Source of the DNA: the human T2T-CHM13v2.0 reference genome, Homo sapiens
Assembly: GCF_009914755.1 (NCBI RefSeq)
Contig: NC_060938.1
Strand: one strand, 5' to 3'
Length of the DNA: 64,000 nucleotides
Shown: one piece after another, positions 36,501 to 50,801 of the stretch
How positions within the stretch are numbered: the stretch's first letter is position 1
How the letters are laid out: each line of letters starts with the position of its first letter
Made by a program: the position numbers and the translations under genes
Notes under the pieces: generated by a model
Database searches by the model: none
Seen by the model: the letters and a program-made list of their open reading frames with translations, nothing else
What the model was told of the DNA's origin: nothing

Positions 36501-39084
36501 CCCACAAACAGGAAATCCAGATGTGACATATGGTTTAAGAGAAAAAGATGTCAGCAACAGAAACTCTGGCTGTAGGTACTGTTCTTCGTGGATTGATGCC
36601 AAGTGCTATGCGAAGGTACAAGCAAGGACCATCTTCATATCACACACACCTTACCAGTCATTTATAACTAATACTAAAACATATATTTCAGTTGCATATT
36701 CAACATTTCTTTCCATTTAGGAAGTTATGTCAGCTGACAGTTCATGGAATCTTCAAGTGCTACCTTAAGATATGTTAGTCTGAGAAATTCCTTTGTTTAT
36801 ACCGGAGTAGTTCACCTATGGATTCTAATAATCTGAAACTACTTAATCATTTTTCCAAACATTTAGATATTTTCAGGCACCATGGTTGGATTAAAATATT
36901 TTGCAAATGTAAAACACTTTTCTCCTAACCCTGTTTGATAAGTAGATGTGTTCTCAACACATCATTTGATGGAGGCTGCTTTTTCCAACTGAATATACCC
37001 CATATCTAAAATATTTCACAAGACAGTTAAGCAGCTGTGTGAAAAGCTGTTTGATTTCAAAGTGATCTCCAGCCTCATGATTGTCCAAGTTCCAAAATAG
37101 AACTGTGTGTGATTATAGCCTACATAAAAGGTTACAGGCTGTTGAAGGACTGACTCCAAATCAAATGCCAAATGTGTCACCATGTATTGTACTTTAGACT
37201 TGTCTGAAGCCAAACATTTAGAAAACACTTGATTTAATTCAGTAAGTATTCATTGGGTACCCATTATATGCAAAATAGTTGATTTCATGCTAAAACCTAG
37301 AACATAATCTGAAAGTTTTACCAGCAAAGTATTTATTAGACACCCAGGATATTGGTTCCCTTCAATACCATTATAATTCTGCCTAGCAAACACTCATTCA
37401 AGTCATATGAGCAACGAGTGAACACAATTTAATGAGTGTGATGGGAAAAAGATCATTAGTGATGGTAACCAAACCAATTCCCTCTTTGATGAATCTATAT
37501 AAGGTTAGTCAGACATGTTTTTGACAGGGTTGGATTCTGACACAGGAATCTCATAATTTCATCAATTATCTATTAACTTCCAATGAATTGGAAACTAAAT
37601 GATTAAACGGGATGAAGAGTTCATATAAACCAAAGTTATCAATTCTAAGAGCCGTGACAGAACATAAAAGATAAATCCAATGTCAGCAAAGGGTGTGCTC
37701 TGATGAGTCCAGGTGAGGAAGGAGCTAGAACTGTGTCAGATATCATGATGAAATTCAGGAAAAGATCCAGGGCTAAAAACTAAATCAAACCATACATGAC
37801 ATTTAATAAATATCAACCAATGCATAAAGAGGTGAACCAAAGTTAGGACTGGAAATCACATCAGAATTTAGAAAAAACTTTAGAAAAGATAAAAATATGA
37901 GCAAAAGTTAATGTGGTGGTTTGAATGATAGAAGGAGGATCTAGAGAAGGGAAAGCATTAAAGTTTACTTATTTGTTTTCACTTAGAGATTAACACAAAT
38001 AAATGCTTGAAGTCATTCTCAGGAAGTTTCAAGGCTGATATAGTATTCAATACTGATCCATATGACTTTTTCCCTTGAAAATGGGCCCTGAAAAAAGGAA
38101 TCTCTGTTCTAATTTCATCATCTAAACAGAAAAGGCTGGTGGGATATTTAAACAACTTGAATCTGGGGGTTTGTTCCGTCTACTCTAGTCAATCTGGTAG
38201 TATGGAAAAGAGCATTCGGGAGAATTAAAGGCAGAAATTCCTACTCAGCATCTCTTCCTCTCCTGCCTTCTCCCTGCAGTATTCTGGTGCTTTTCTTCAC
38301 TTGGGCTCTTGACCATTTTCTTTTCTTGCTTTATCTACCATAGTGGAGGGGGACAGTGGTTCCATGGTGAGATAAATGGATGCTTGTGGAAGAATCATAA
38401 AGATCATCTCAGGCTTAATTTCAATGGTGTGCCTTAGAGTTAAAATAAAATTACACACAGATCTATTTTTGTGAAAAATCTAAAAGATTGTATTGCCCTA
38501 CATTTCTACTATTGTAAGTGTTCTAAGGAGCCAAGGTTTTGTATGATCTTTGCTTTCAGATAAGGCTGAAGGGCAAAAACTTTATTGAATGCCCTTAGTA
38601 TATGATTAAGATATATTGATGCAATTCAAGAAATATTGATTGAAAGTCCTGGAAAGCAAGATGAACATTTTCCTCAGTCATAGAGCTTACACTAGTAACA
38701 AGTACCTTAAGTGTTACAAAAGAGGGCTTATTGAGTGATTTGGTGGTAGCTTTCAAGGTGCTTAACCTAGTCTAGAGAGTTAAGGAAATCTTTCTTGAGT
38801 AAGTAATACTTATGATGAAACTTAAAAAGCCTGATGCAATGTGATAACAAGCAAGTTGTAATGGAGTGCACTCTCTCCAGCAGAGTAGTAACTTGCCTCT
38901 ACACAGATAAAAAGAACAAGCTGAGCAAATCAAATTTCCTGGCCCTACCATACTACCAAATGAATAAAACACATACCCAATGAATGCGATCTTATCACTA
39001 TAGATGAGGCAAGAGCAATAGTAACTATCACTCATAGATAATTATGATGTTTCAGTCTCCTCTTGCCTTAATCTATTTGATCAG

Positions 39085-39215
39085 AATGATAACCAGAGAA
39101 GATGGATACTGTCATCCCCTAGGAAGACTTATGGATTGTCCCAAAGCTGAACATCTACTCAGAAGTAGGGACTGGTTTCAAATATAGGTCTGATTTCAAA
39201 GCTTATAAAATGCTT
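39085..39215 (-). mobile_element. MIR fragment
   Basis: TTGTCCCAAAGCTGAACATCTA...GGACTGGTTTCAAATATAGGTCTGATTTCAAAGC. Confidence 0.5.
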
Positions 39216-39288
39216 TATTCCAAATTCCTTTACTTGTGCTTTACTTCTCCTTAAATTCAAATATAATTAATATGAGTAGTTTCATGGT

Positions 39289-39785
39289 TGTAGCAGATGT
39301 CTTTTGATCCATACATCACATCCCTGGGCCACCTCTGAATTCTACTGCAGGTGAGTGCCCAGGCCAAGTGTAGACTAACAGTACATTTCAAGCAGTCATA
39401 CCTTACTGTGTTTTCCGTCTCAGGGCTTTCCCTGAAACCAAGGGAATTTGCTCAGTCTGGTTGAATTCATGGGGATTATAATATCCTCTGAAGTAACTCT
39501 TGCACAGTGGAGTAGGAGAGTCTAATGGGTAAAAGCCCAGTCTTCTCTCTTTTGGAGGGTCAGTTCTGAGGCACTTTCTACATGGTTACTCAGAAGGTTC
39601 CTGGGGAATTGAGACCTAGCTGTCCACAGAGATAATCAGCTCAATAATGTATACTTATTTTTCTTGCTTCTCCACCTCACTCTCTTCATTTCCTGCCCTT
39701 GTTTCTTGAGGCAACTTCCCAGAAAAATCACCTGTATCTGGTCCTTGTGCCAGGTTTTGTTATCAGTAAAGTTCAAACTAAAACA
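39289..39785 (+). mobile_element. LTR16-family (ERVL) solo LTR with 5-bp TSD
   Basis: TGTAGCAGATG...CAGTTCTGAGGCACTTTCTACA...CAAACTAAAACA, flanked by ATGGT and ATGCT. Confidence 0.75.
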
Positions 39786-39974
39786 ATGCTTTTACTCACG
39801 GAATTTTTTAGTAAAAATTTTATACTATGTTTCAGTTGAAAGTCCACTAGATCTCAAGCAAAAATAATATAATATTTCACATGTATTTTATTACCATATG
39901 GGAGTCCTCAGATGCTTCAATGTTTAAGAAACAACAAAAGCAAAACATACATGAAACATGGCATAAAATATGAA

Positions 39975-41400
39975 GGAGGAGACATCAGTAAGATGGCTGA
40001 CTAGAGATGCCTAACACTTACTTATCCCCTAGCACAAAAAAAATGACCAAGATGGCAAACAACTACATTTTAACCAGAGTGACTAAAGAAAAGCACTGGA
40101 GTACCACAAGGAAGTGATGGAAACTCTGTGGAGCATAGAAACTCAGGACGGCTACACAGAGAAGGGAAAGAAACACCTTGTCTCTGCCATCCCATTTTGC
40201 CAGTCAGAGTAAGTTCAGAACCAGGAAAGACTTCTCTCTGTGGGGAAAAGTTAACTAGGAGGCCTCCAGAATCCTCCATTACTGCTAAAGACACCTGCAG
40301 TCTTTGAATTCATGGGGATACTGAAGAATTCTGCAGTACTCACAGACCCTAGGTCCAGTTTAGGGAACATCCTGGAGTTTGTGTGGCTACACGACTCCAG
40401 GGAATGAATCCACACCATGTCTTGCAAGCCTGTGATGCAAGATGTGTGATTGTACTGTAACATTGTGGAATTAGTGTCACTGCTAGAGTACATCTTACCT
40501 GTGGCACTGGTAGCCACTACAGCTCTTCGTCCCTGAGGCTCTGTCACAATTCGGCCACACTCTTACACAGTAGTGCACCATTTGCTAGCTGAGTTGCTGT
40601 AGCTTCTAAGCCACTGGAAACAAACTTCCTAGGAGGCACTCCATCTCTCCCATCTGGGTAGTCCCCATCTACTTAGAGCCCTAGGCCCAGCAGAACAGCC
40701 ATGACCCTGATGTCCAATCCCACATGACACCCTGTCTCCCAAGAAACAACCGGTCTAGCTCAGGAGAGAAACTGTGCCTGAGTCAGCAAAGCAGCCATGT
40801 CCCCTCAGCATATGAAGCAACCCACTGCCCCACCCCCAGGGAAATGGAGATTTGACTAGGAGAGCAGCCACAGCCACAGTCCTTGAGCCTCTGTGGCATC
40901 CAGCATCCCCAAGGAAACATACCTTTGACTGATCTGTATCACCCTGCCCTCTGGGCAGAACAGCTTCAGCACCCTGTCTCTCAAAATTTAGGATAGCCTT
41001 CTGGAGTCTTAGCTGCTGAGCGTACCATCTCCATGGGGAGGAAAGCCAACATTGCACTGCTCCCTGCCCCGCCCCCCTCCCCCAGAGCCCAAGCCACAGC
41101 TGTGCCTCACCATACCTAGGTCCTTGCTGCCAATGCTCCTGGGCCAGTGCTGTGTCCCACAACTGCTGTGTCTAACAACTTAAGGGGCCAGAGTCTCCCC
41201 TATGCAGTACCCTCTCCCTTCAGGAACACACACAAAAAAAAAAAACAAGAAAAAGAAAGGAAACATGATGCCATCAAAGGAACAGAATAAATCTCCAGTA
41301 ACTGAGCCCCAAAGAAATGGAAATGTATAAATTGCTCATAAAAGAGTTCAAAATAACGATCTTAAAGAAACCAAGCAAGATAGAAGAGAATACAGATAGA
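39975..41400 (+). mobile_element. L1M (L1MA-era) 5' UTR and start of ORF1, rest missing
   Basis: Starts GGAGGAGACATCAGTAAGATGGCTGACTAGAG with a GC-richer UTR. ORF1-like AACATGATGCCATCAAAGGAAC...AAAGAAATGGAAATGTATAAATTGC...GAGTTCAAAATAACGATCTTAAAGAAAC. Confidence 0.8.
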
Positions 41401-44400
41401 TTTCTCATGATTACATGTCATGAGAAATAGTGTAAATTAAGAAACATTTGTTTTAAGTAATATTGCTAAGGATTAACATGAAAGTGCTTGATTTTGTTTG
41501 TTTTCTTATGTTTTTGTTAATTTTAATCTAATGGAAGTGAATGAGAGGAAGCAGGTGAACTTTGTGAATATTGTCAAGTCTGACATGTGGATTGTGATAT
41601 TTCTTCTTCAAAATGCCGATAAATGTTCAACAGAATAAATTTACATGAAGTAAGCAGTATACAAAGCAATTATTGTTTAGAAATACCATGTCATGTAGAC
41701 TACTGTTTCTGCTAAGAGGATGACAAGCTAAAACTAGCAACCCTTAGGAAAATTGCTGGTGATCTTACACCCCAGCCACTTGTTTGAACCTCTCTGTCCT
41801 TTGTTTAGAACAAGAGGTGATAAGGGTTATACAAGAGCCCTCTTGGCGGTGATAGGAAAAACATGCCATTCCTTCTTGAACAAATTATATCAGTTATAAA
41901 TATTGTACTTGCTCAGAGCCATTTTGCTTTTGCAGTAAATAATTTAAAATAATCGTTATTTTAAATGTAATTTCTGACAATATATTATGAGGAGTGTAGT
42001 TACAAAAGTATAGAAGAACAGAATGTACCAGTAGAAGTTAACGTAATCTAATTCCTATTATTTTGGGAGTCTTAGAAGCTGGCACATCCACAAATTGTTA
42101 TTTGGCCTGTATACAAAATGTGTTTCTAAAATGTGTGTTTTAGAAAAATTCACTGTTTAATATGCAGGAATTTTTTAATTCAAAAATATTACTTCTACAT
42201 GTCTTTGACTACATCTTGGGAAAAAAATGAAATTAAATTCAAATCTGTAGTTGGCTCTACAATCCCTCAAAAAGCTTACAATCTAGTTTTGAAGACAGTG
42301 CATATGCATATTAATAAAACAGAGAAACTGAACAAAAGACATGAAACTATGAGAGCAGATTGTGAAATCCACATTCATGAGAAATAGTAGAGATTTTGTA
42401 AGCAATGAATTTTCTTTTCAGGGCACGTTTTTTGTCTTCTCATAACTTCTTGGTTTGAAACAGTGATGATCTTATTTTTTTTTGACTAACTTTTTGATAT
42501 TTCTTAACACAGGAAAGTAGGCTTGTGCTTTACTCAGTTTTAATGGCCTAACCAACTGCATATAAAATGAGAAGAGCTGAGTGTTGTTTAATAAGCAACT
42601 TGATATAAACCTCTCCGGTTTAACATCTCTAATGAATGCATTTTTGTTTCCTCCTACCTACCAATATTGTTCCATAATCCTCTTCATTTCATGTGTATGC
42701 TTTTGCTTGTTGTTTCTTTTAGCTTAGAATTAAGACCATGCCTCATAAAAAGGAAATATTTGTTGAGTGAGCAAAGCTTTCAGAGGGTTTTACATTTGAT
42801 ATTGCTGATACGCTTCATTGAAAACACTTCAGATTTGAATAGATAGACAGTCTACATTGAACTCTACATAAGATTTGAATATCTGTAGCATTTATTTGCC
42901 ATTCTGTAGAGTCAAAAGCAGCATTTTTGAGAGAGACAACTTTGTTCTGCTGGTATAATAGTCCGTTTTGTTACTCATAGCCTCCCAGCTGCTGCTTAAT
43001 GAGATACAAGCATAATTCAGAGAAAAATAGACGAAGAAACCAAGACTATTAGTAGCAAACGATGTAATAAAAATTAGAGAGACAAGAAAATGAGCCACAA
43101 AAGGATTTTTTTACCAGGCTACCCTGTGGTACACTCTGATTGCCGGCAGACACAAATCGAGACTCAACACTGCATTCAAGATTTACCAACTGTTAAATTG
43201 GCAACTTTATGATGGAAAGAGGAGAGACTTAAATATTCTTGCTGCTCTGGATAGAAGTCATTCTATAGACTGATATTTGTAGCATTTTAACTTCACTAGA
43301 TAATTGAAAAGATTTTTAATTCATGTACTTTGAATTGTGATAATTGGCAGGAGTATGAAGACTGACAGATAATTTGTAAATAGTGCAATTATTCAAATGT
43401 TATAAATTGGTTATTTGTAATATTTTTGAACTATTTAGTATTTAATTACTCATAGGTTAGAGTTAACACTTAGTCCATGTCATATTTTTAAGCTGCATAT
43501 ATAAATTGATAAATAGACAAGCAAATGGAATTCTAGTATACACATAGACTAGTGTCTACTCACCCGAAAGATGCTAGTCTTTCATTTTTTTGAAGAAAGT
43601 CTATTCATGATAATCACCCAAAGTATTTAGTGCTCTGAATGACTGCACTTGGAGGAACTCACTGAGCATAAACACAACTAGTAGGCTATCCCTGAATAGG
43701 TCCTATGAGGTATTAAAGATGGCAGATCACAGGGAAACTTCTGCCTTCCAAAGTGTGATGTTATTCAATGGAATTATGATAAAAAGGCATGTTAGTGGAA
43801 ATGAAAAACTAAATACACAATGGAATGAGATCACAAATCTAAAATTATTTGCAAGATATTTTTCAAATGTGTAAAGCAAAAGCATCTAGATACTCACTGG
43901 GTTTTTCAGCAGTGGGGCCTGTTCATCCTGTCAAAAAATATAAGTAACTAATGAAAGACAATTTAAATTATTAAAGTAAGAAAAACATGTTATGCATTTA
44001 ATAAGCAATGTGTATAAGTAAAAACTGTTTTCATTTTACCTGTCATATATAAGATCTAAGTTATCTCTTATTCGATAGTATCAATTTACATTGATTAAAA
44101 TAAAAATGTTCCATTTCTCATGCCATTCCTATTAATCTCCATATAATAATTAACATTCTTTGTAAGCTTTGGTGAGTTTTAAAAATTCTTCTATATCCTA
44201 TTTCTTTTGGGCAGAAGAGATTTCACTCTGATATGAAATGTTAGGTGGTTCACTTTTATGCAGGCAAATGAAGTTTTACCTTCAGTTTCCAAAACAGATG
44301 ATTGTTTTCCTGTTAAAATCCCTGTGATGAAACTGTATGATCTTTTAAAACAGTAATTTTATTAATCACACTTATACAAAGCATATTATATGTATTTATT

Positions 44401-46334
44401 TCTTTATCTAATATAAAATATCTATCTTCTAGGATAGATAGATATCTATCTATTTTCCTTTAACTCTGAGCTTTGTGGATGCAGAAAACAGAGACTCCTT
44501 GAAATTAATTCTCAAGCACTTGCAGACAGTCTGCTTCGCCTCTGGTGTACTGCTTCTGTCATCTTGGCCATTTTTTATGGTGTAGCTCTATGTTGTTTCA
44601 TTGTTTATTAAATAATTTGTTCAACTGGTATCTCTTGTTCTAAAAAATTGTCCTTAATATAATGACTGCTTTTCCTTAAGAACTGGTTTCCTTATTTGAA
44701 GCAAACCAAGGAAAGTTGTCATGCATGGAAGTTAAGGAGGTGTTTGTTTAGAGAGTTAAGTTTATATAATCACATATTATATAATTTTAAATCCTTATTC
44801 TGTAACTTCATTTAGAGACATTGTTATGATTAATGAGGTAGCTCATTAAAATTGCTGTACTTGTTACTTAGACTTTGCTGAAATTAGTTCACTAGAGCAC
44901 TGATGTATACTTCCGGAGGTCTAAGTTTCACATATAACTTCAACACTGAATAAATATGTGACCTTGAGTAAATCTTCTCATCTTTAGTGGACTGCATTTA
45001 CATATCTTTAATGAAATATTAATAGTGAGACTGTGTGTGTGTCTGTGTATGTGTATGCGTGTGCCCTTGAGGGTGGTTTTACATGTAAATAATTTAGAAA
45101 TTAATTTTTTTATAACTTCAAATTTAATTATTAAAGTTCTAAACAAAAACCTAGCTCTTAAGCTTTAAGTTTGAAAATATTTTTTATCCTAATTCTAAAA
45201 ATCAACATACTGTTTTAATCACGGCCAAAGGTGGTTGAATATTTGGTCCCATTAAAAGACTTAGTATTCGTTCTTTAGAATTTTACATAAGTTAAATATC
45301 ATGTATAAATGTGATATATTTAATTTTCCTTTAAATATTTTAATTTCCTGATGGATAAACACTTTAATAAACTAAATAACTCTTATAAACCTAACATATA
45401 AAACTTATAGTAAAATTTATATTCACTTAATATTGTAATAGATAAAATTGGTTCTGTTTCAACTTAAATCACAAATGTGAAGCATTTATTCAAGTATACA
45501 TTTTAAATTAGCATTATTAAAGTTTACTCTAATTTTCAAAAATTCCTTGAACATTAGAAATGAACAAAATATGTATATATGTTTTAATATATTATTGTTT
45601 TAATTCTGTAAATATTTTATACTTAATTATAAATTAATAAATATAAATTAATTTTAATTTATAATTATGTTTTTCTTGGTTGACAGATGCTTAAAAGAAA
45701 TGGTTACATTATTTTGCCCACATAATTTAGTGTAGCCTTTTAATTTTCTGGAGAAAACGCTAAGATGTCAAGTATGAAAACAGGATTCTTATCGAAGTCA
45801 TTCTTTAAAGTAGCTTCCACGTGGGGGTGGTCACCTATTTTCATGCAAACTGTAGATTAATTATATAATTTTTGTCTACTCACAGATCATGTCAGTTTTT
45901 CACAGGACTTAGGGCCTTTTGTTTCTTTGACTCTCAAAATACGTAAATGTATTTTCCAGCAAACTCTATAGACATTTATACTTGCTGAAATATTTCACAT
46001 TTTCTTATTTTTAGAACCACACTAATTTTTTAAATTAATAAATGATTAAATTTTGGATACATTTCATTGCTCCAGATGATTATTCAGTTATAAGATCATC
46101 CTAATGATGACATAAAAGATCATTTAGCAACATTTTCAGCATTAATATTTCAACTCACTTAAAATTTGATTGTACTTTTACTATGCACAGGAATACTTCC
46201 AAGAATTTGAAGGAATAAAAGGTTCATCATAATCTGGTCATTCAGGGAACTAAAAATTAAAGAAGAAATAAGCAAGTCTCTTAAAGTAGAATTCAAATGC
46301 AACAAAATATATGGTATTTCTATGGATAGAAGTA

Positions 46335-46809
46335 CAGATGACCCTGAACAACATTGCTTGAAATGTGCAGGTTCCTTTATATGCAGATTGTTTTAAATAA
46401 ATACATTGGAGAGATTTTGGAGATCTGTGACAATGTGAAAAAAAAACTCCTAGATGAATCTCTACCCCTGAGACAGCAAGACCAAGCCCTCCTCTTTCTC
46501 ACTCTCCTACTTGGCCTACTCAAGTTGGAGGCCTTTATGATGATCCACTTCCACTTAACAAATAGTAAATATATTTTCTCTTATGACTTTCTGAATAACA
46601 TTTTCTCTAGCTTTATTGCAAGAATACAGCATATAATACAGATAACATACAAATTATGTGTTAATCAACTGTTTATTTTATTGGTAAGGCTTCTGGTCAA
46701 CAGCAGGCCATTAGTAGTTAGGTATTTGGGGAACCAAAAGTTATATACGGATTGTAGACTCTGCAGAGGGTTGGTATCCTTAACCCCAACATTGTTCAAG
46801 GGTCAACCT
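46335..46809 (+). mobile_element. Tigger2-family internally deleted DNA transposon (Tigger2a/2b-like)
   Basis: TIRs CAGATGACCCTGAACAAC and TTGTTCAAGGGTCAACC. Internal CCCCTGAGACAGCAAGACCAA...TTTATGATGATCCACTTCCACTTAA. Confidence 0.88.
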
Positions 46810-46955
46810 TACTATCTGCATTTTTAAAGGGAGAATTTATTATTAACAAGGTAACACTAGATATGCATCTAGAGAAATAAGTTTAGAAGTTTATGGCTTA
46901 GTTTAGAAGAACTGATATGAGGGTGAAGGGCAAAAATTAAAAAAGACTTTAACTT

Positions 46956-49900
46956 AAAAGACTTTAGTAGATATGGTACCAGCTCCTCTTTGTACCTCTG
47001 GTAGAATTCAGCAGTAAATCTGAGTAATCCTAGGCTTTTTTGGGGGGTTGGTGGCCTCAATTTTAGAACTAGTTATTGGTCTATTTGGGGATTCAATTTC
47101 TTCCTGGTTCAGTCTTGGGAGGGTGTATGCATCCAGGAATTTATCCATTCATTCTTGATTTTATAGTTTATTTGCATATAGGTATTTATAGTATTCTCTG
47201 ATGGTTGTTTGTATTTCTATGGGTCAGTGGTGATATCACCCTTATCACTTCTGATTGTGTCTATTTGATTCTTCTCTCTTCTGTATTAGTCTGGCTAGTG
47301 GTCTATCTATTTTATTAATTTTTCAAAAAACCCCAGCTCCTTGATTCATAGATTCTTTGAAGGTTTTCTTTTTGTTTGTCTCTATCTCCTTCAGTTCTTC
47401 TCTGATCTTGGTTATCTCTTGCCTTCTGCTAGCTTTGGGGTTTGCTTGCTCTTGGTTCTCTAGTTCTTTTAGTAGTGATGTTAGATTGTCAATGTAAGAT
47501 ATTTCTAGCTTGTTGATGTGGGCATTTAGTGCTATAAATTTCCCTCTTAACACTGCATTAGCTGTATCCCAGAGATTTTGGTATGTTGTCTCTTTATTCT
47601 CATGAGTTTCAGAGGGTCTGCCTTAATTTCATTATTTATCCAGGAGTCAGTTAGGAGCAGGTTGTTCAATTTCCATATAGTTGTGTGGCTTTGGGCGTGT
47701 TTCTCAATCTTGAGTTCTAATTTGATTGTGCTGTGATCTGAGAGACTGTTATGATTTCAGTTCTTTTGATTTGCTGAGGAGTGTTTTACTTCCACTTACG
47801 TGATCAATTTTAGAATAAGTATCACGTGGTGATGAGAAGAATGTATATTCTGTTGTATCTGGGTGGAGAGTTCTGTAGGAGTCTTTCAGGTCCACTAGAT
47901 ACGGAGCTGAGATCAGATCCTGAATATTTTTGTTAATTTTCTGTCTTGATTACCTGTCTAATATTGTCAGTAGGGTGTTAAAGTCTCCCACTATTATCGT
48001 GTGAGACTATAAGTCTCTTTGTAAGTTGCTAAGAACTTTCTTTATTAATCTGGGTGCTCCTGTGTTAAGCACATCTGTATTTAGGAAAGTTAGTTCTTCT
48101 TGTTGAATTAAATTCTTTACCATTATGTAAGGCCCTTCTTCTTCTTCTTTTTTTTTTTTTTTTGCTTTAATCTCATTGGGTTAAAATCTGTTTTGTCAGA
48201 AGCTAGAATTGCAACTGCTGCTTTTATCAAAGAGGAGCTGGTACCATTTCTACTGAAACTATTCTAAACAATGGAAAAGGAGAGACTCCACCCTAACTCA
48301 TTTTATGAGACCAGCATCATCCTGATACTAAAACCTGGCAGAGATACAACAAAAAAAAGAAAACTTCAGGCCAATGTCCCTGATGAACATCAATGCAAAA
48401 ATCCTCAATAAAATACTAGCAAACCGAATCCGGCAGCACTTCAAAAAGCTTATCCACCACAATCAAGTCAGCTTCACTCCTGGGATGTAAGGTTGGTTTA
48501 ATATATGCAAATCAATAAATGTAATTCATCGCATAAACGGAACTAAAGACAAAAACCACATGATTATGTCAATAGACACCAAAAAGGATTTTGATAAAAT
48601 GCAACATCCATTCATGTTAAAAACTCTCAATAAATTAGGTATTTAAGGAACATACCTCAAAGTAATAAGAGCCAGTGAAGACAAACCCACAGCCAATATA
48701 CTGAATGAGCGAAAGCTGGAAGCATTGCCTTTGAAAACTGGCACAAGACGAGGATACCCTCTCTCACCACTCCTGTTCAACATAGTATTGGCAGTCCTGG
48801 CCCGGGCAATCAGGCAAGAAAAAGAAATAAAGCGTATTCAAATAGGAAGAGAGGAAGTCAAATTGTCTCTGTTTGCAGATGACAGGATTCTATATCTAGA
48901 AAACCCCATCATCTCAGCCCAAAAGCTTCTTAAGCTAATATGCAACTTCAGCAAAGTCTCAGGATATGAAATCAATGTGCAAAAATTGCTAACATTCCTA
49001 TACACCAGCAACAGGTATGCAGAGAGCCAAATCATGAATGAACTCCCATTCACAATTGCTTCAAAGAGAATAAAATGCCTAGGAATACAGCTAACAAGGG
49101 AAGTGAATGATTTCTTTAAGGAAAGCTACAAACCACAGCTCAAGAAAATCAGAGAGGACACGAACAAATGGAAACATATTCCATGCTCATGGATAGGGAA
49201 GAATCAATATTATGAAAATGGTCATAGTGCCCAAAGTAATTTATAGATTTAATGCTTTTCCTATTAGACCACCACTGACTTTTTTTGTAGAATTAGGAAA
49301 AAAAACTATTTTAAAATTCAAATGGAACAAAAAAAGAGGCCATATAGCTAAAACACTTCTAAGCAAAAAGAACAAAGCTGGAGGTGTCATGCTACCCACC
49401 TTCAAACTATATTGCAAGGCTGCAGTACCCAAAACAGCATGGTACTGGTCCAATAATAGAAACATAGAACAATGAAACAGAATAGAGAACTCAGAAAGAA
49501 GACCACGCACTTGCAACCATCTGATCTTCTGACAAAAACAAGCAATGGGGAACAAATTTCCTCTTTAATGAATGGTGCTGGGAGAGCTGGCTAGCCATAT
49601 CCAGAAAATAGAAACTGGAGCCCTTCCTTACACCTTATACAAAAATTAACTCAAGATGGATTAAAGACTTAAATGTAGAACTCAAAACTCTAAAAACCCT
49701 AGAATACCATCTAGGCAATACCATTCAGGACATAGGCATAGGAAAAGGTTTCCTGACAAAAACACCAAAAGCAGTTGCAACAAAAGCACAAATTGACAAA
49801 CGGGATCTAATTCAAGAGCTTCTGCAAAGCAAAATAAACTATTATCATCAGAGTGAACAGACAACCTAGAGAATAGGAGGAAATTTTTGCAATCTATCCA

Positions 49901-50801
49901 TCTGACAAAGGTCTAATATCCAGAGTCTACAAGGAACTTAAACAAATTTACAGGAAAAAAACAAAGAGCCCCATTAAAATATGGGCAAAGGATGTGAACA
50001 GACACTTCTCAGAAGAAGACATTCATGCAGCCAACAAACATATAAAAAAAGCTCAACCTTACTGATCACTACAGAAATGCAAATAAAAACCAAAATGAGA
50101 TACCATCTCATGCCAGTCACAATGGCAATTATGAATAAGTCAAGAGACAACAGATATTGGCAATGTTGAGCAGAAAAAGGAACAGTTTTATATGGTTGGC
50201 GGGAATGTAAATTAGTTCAACCATTGCGGAAGACAGTGTGGTGATTCCTCAAAGATCTAGAAGAAGAAATATCATTTAACCCAGCAATCCTATTACTGGG
50301 TATACACCAAGAAGAATATAAATCATTCTGTTATAAGGATACGTGCACGCATATGTTCATTGCAGCACTATTCTTAATAAAAAAGACATGGAGTCAACCC
50401 CAATGCCCATCAATGGTAGACTGGATAAAGAAAATGTGATACATATACACTATGGAATACTAGGCAGCATAGAAAGGAATGAAATCATATCCTTTGCAGG
50501 GACATGGATGGAGCTGGAAGCTATTATGCTTAGCAAATTAATGCAGGAATGGAAAATCAAATACCGCATGTTCTCATTTATAAGTGGGAGCTGAACGATG
50601 AGAACACATGGACACATGGTGAGGGGACAACACCTACTGGAGCCTTTTTTGTTGGGGAGGGAGAGCATCAGGAAGAATAACTAGTGGATGCTGGGCTTAA
50701 TACCTAGGTGATGGGTTGATCTGTGCAGCAAATCACCATGGCACACGTTTACTTATGTAACAAACCTACACATCCTGCACATGTACTCATGACTTCAGTA
50801 G
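46956..50801 (+). mobile_element. L1PA8-L1PA11-range LINE-1 with 5' inversion (inverted ~46963-48225, sense 48228-50790)
   Basis: Antisense ORF2 followed by sense ORF2 (RT pieces in ORFs 48725..49246 and 49212..49475) and 3' UTR. Direct repeat GACTT(T/C)AGTAG at 46960-46970 and 50791-50801. Confidence 0.93.
48228..50594 (+). pseudogene. L1 ORF2 RT/C-terminal remnant with stops and frameshifts
   Basis: Translations [34 protein letters not shown], and the terminal MFSFISGS. Confidence 0.92.

Noticed and set aside
40755-41162. 135-aa ORF in a GC-richer region, possible promoter or CpG island
   Set aside because: It is antisense to an L1M 5' UTR and the region is CpG-poor.
44434-44453. Perfect 20-bp palindrome ATAGATAGATATCTATCTAT
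   Set aside because: Low-complexity GATA-repeat origin, with no supporting context.
45624-45667. 14-bp AT-only inverted repeat
   Set aside because: Expected in extremely AT-rich low-complexity DNA.
44900-45700. AT-rich stretch loosely resembling ERV1 internal non-coding sequence
   Set aside because: No diagnostic motif could be matched.
46354-46827. 157-aa ORF
   Set aside because: Lies almost entirely within a non-autonomous Tigger2 element, has a non-ATG start, and shows no transposase motifs I can recognise.
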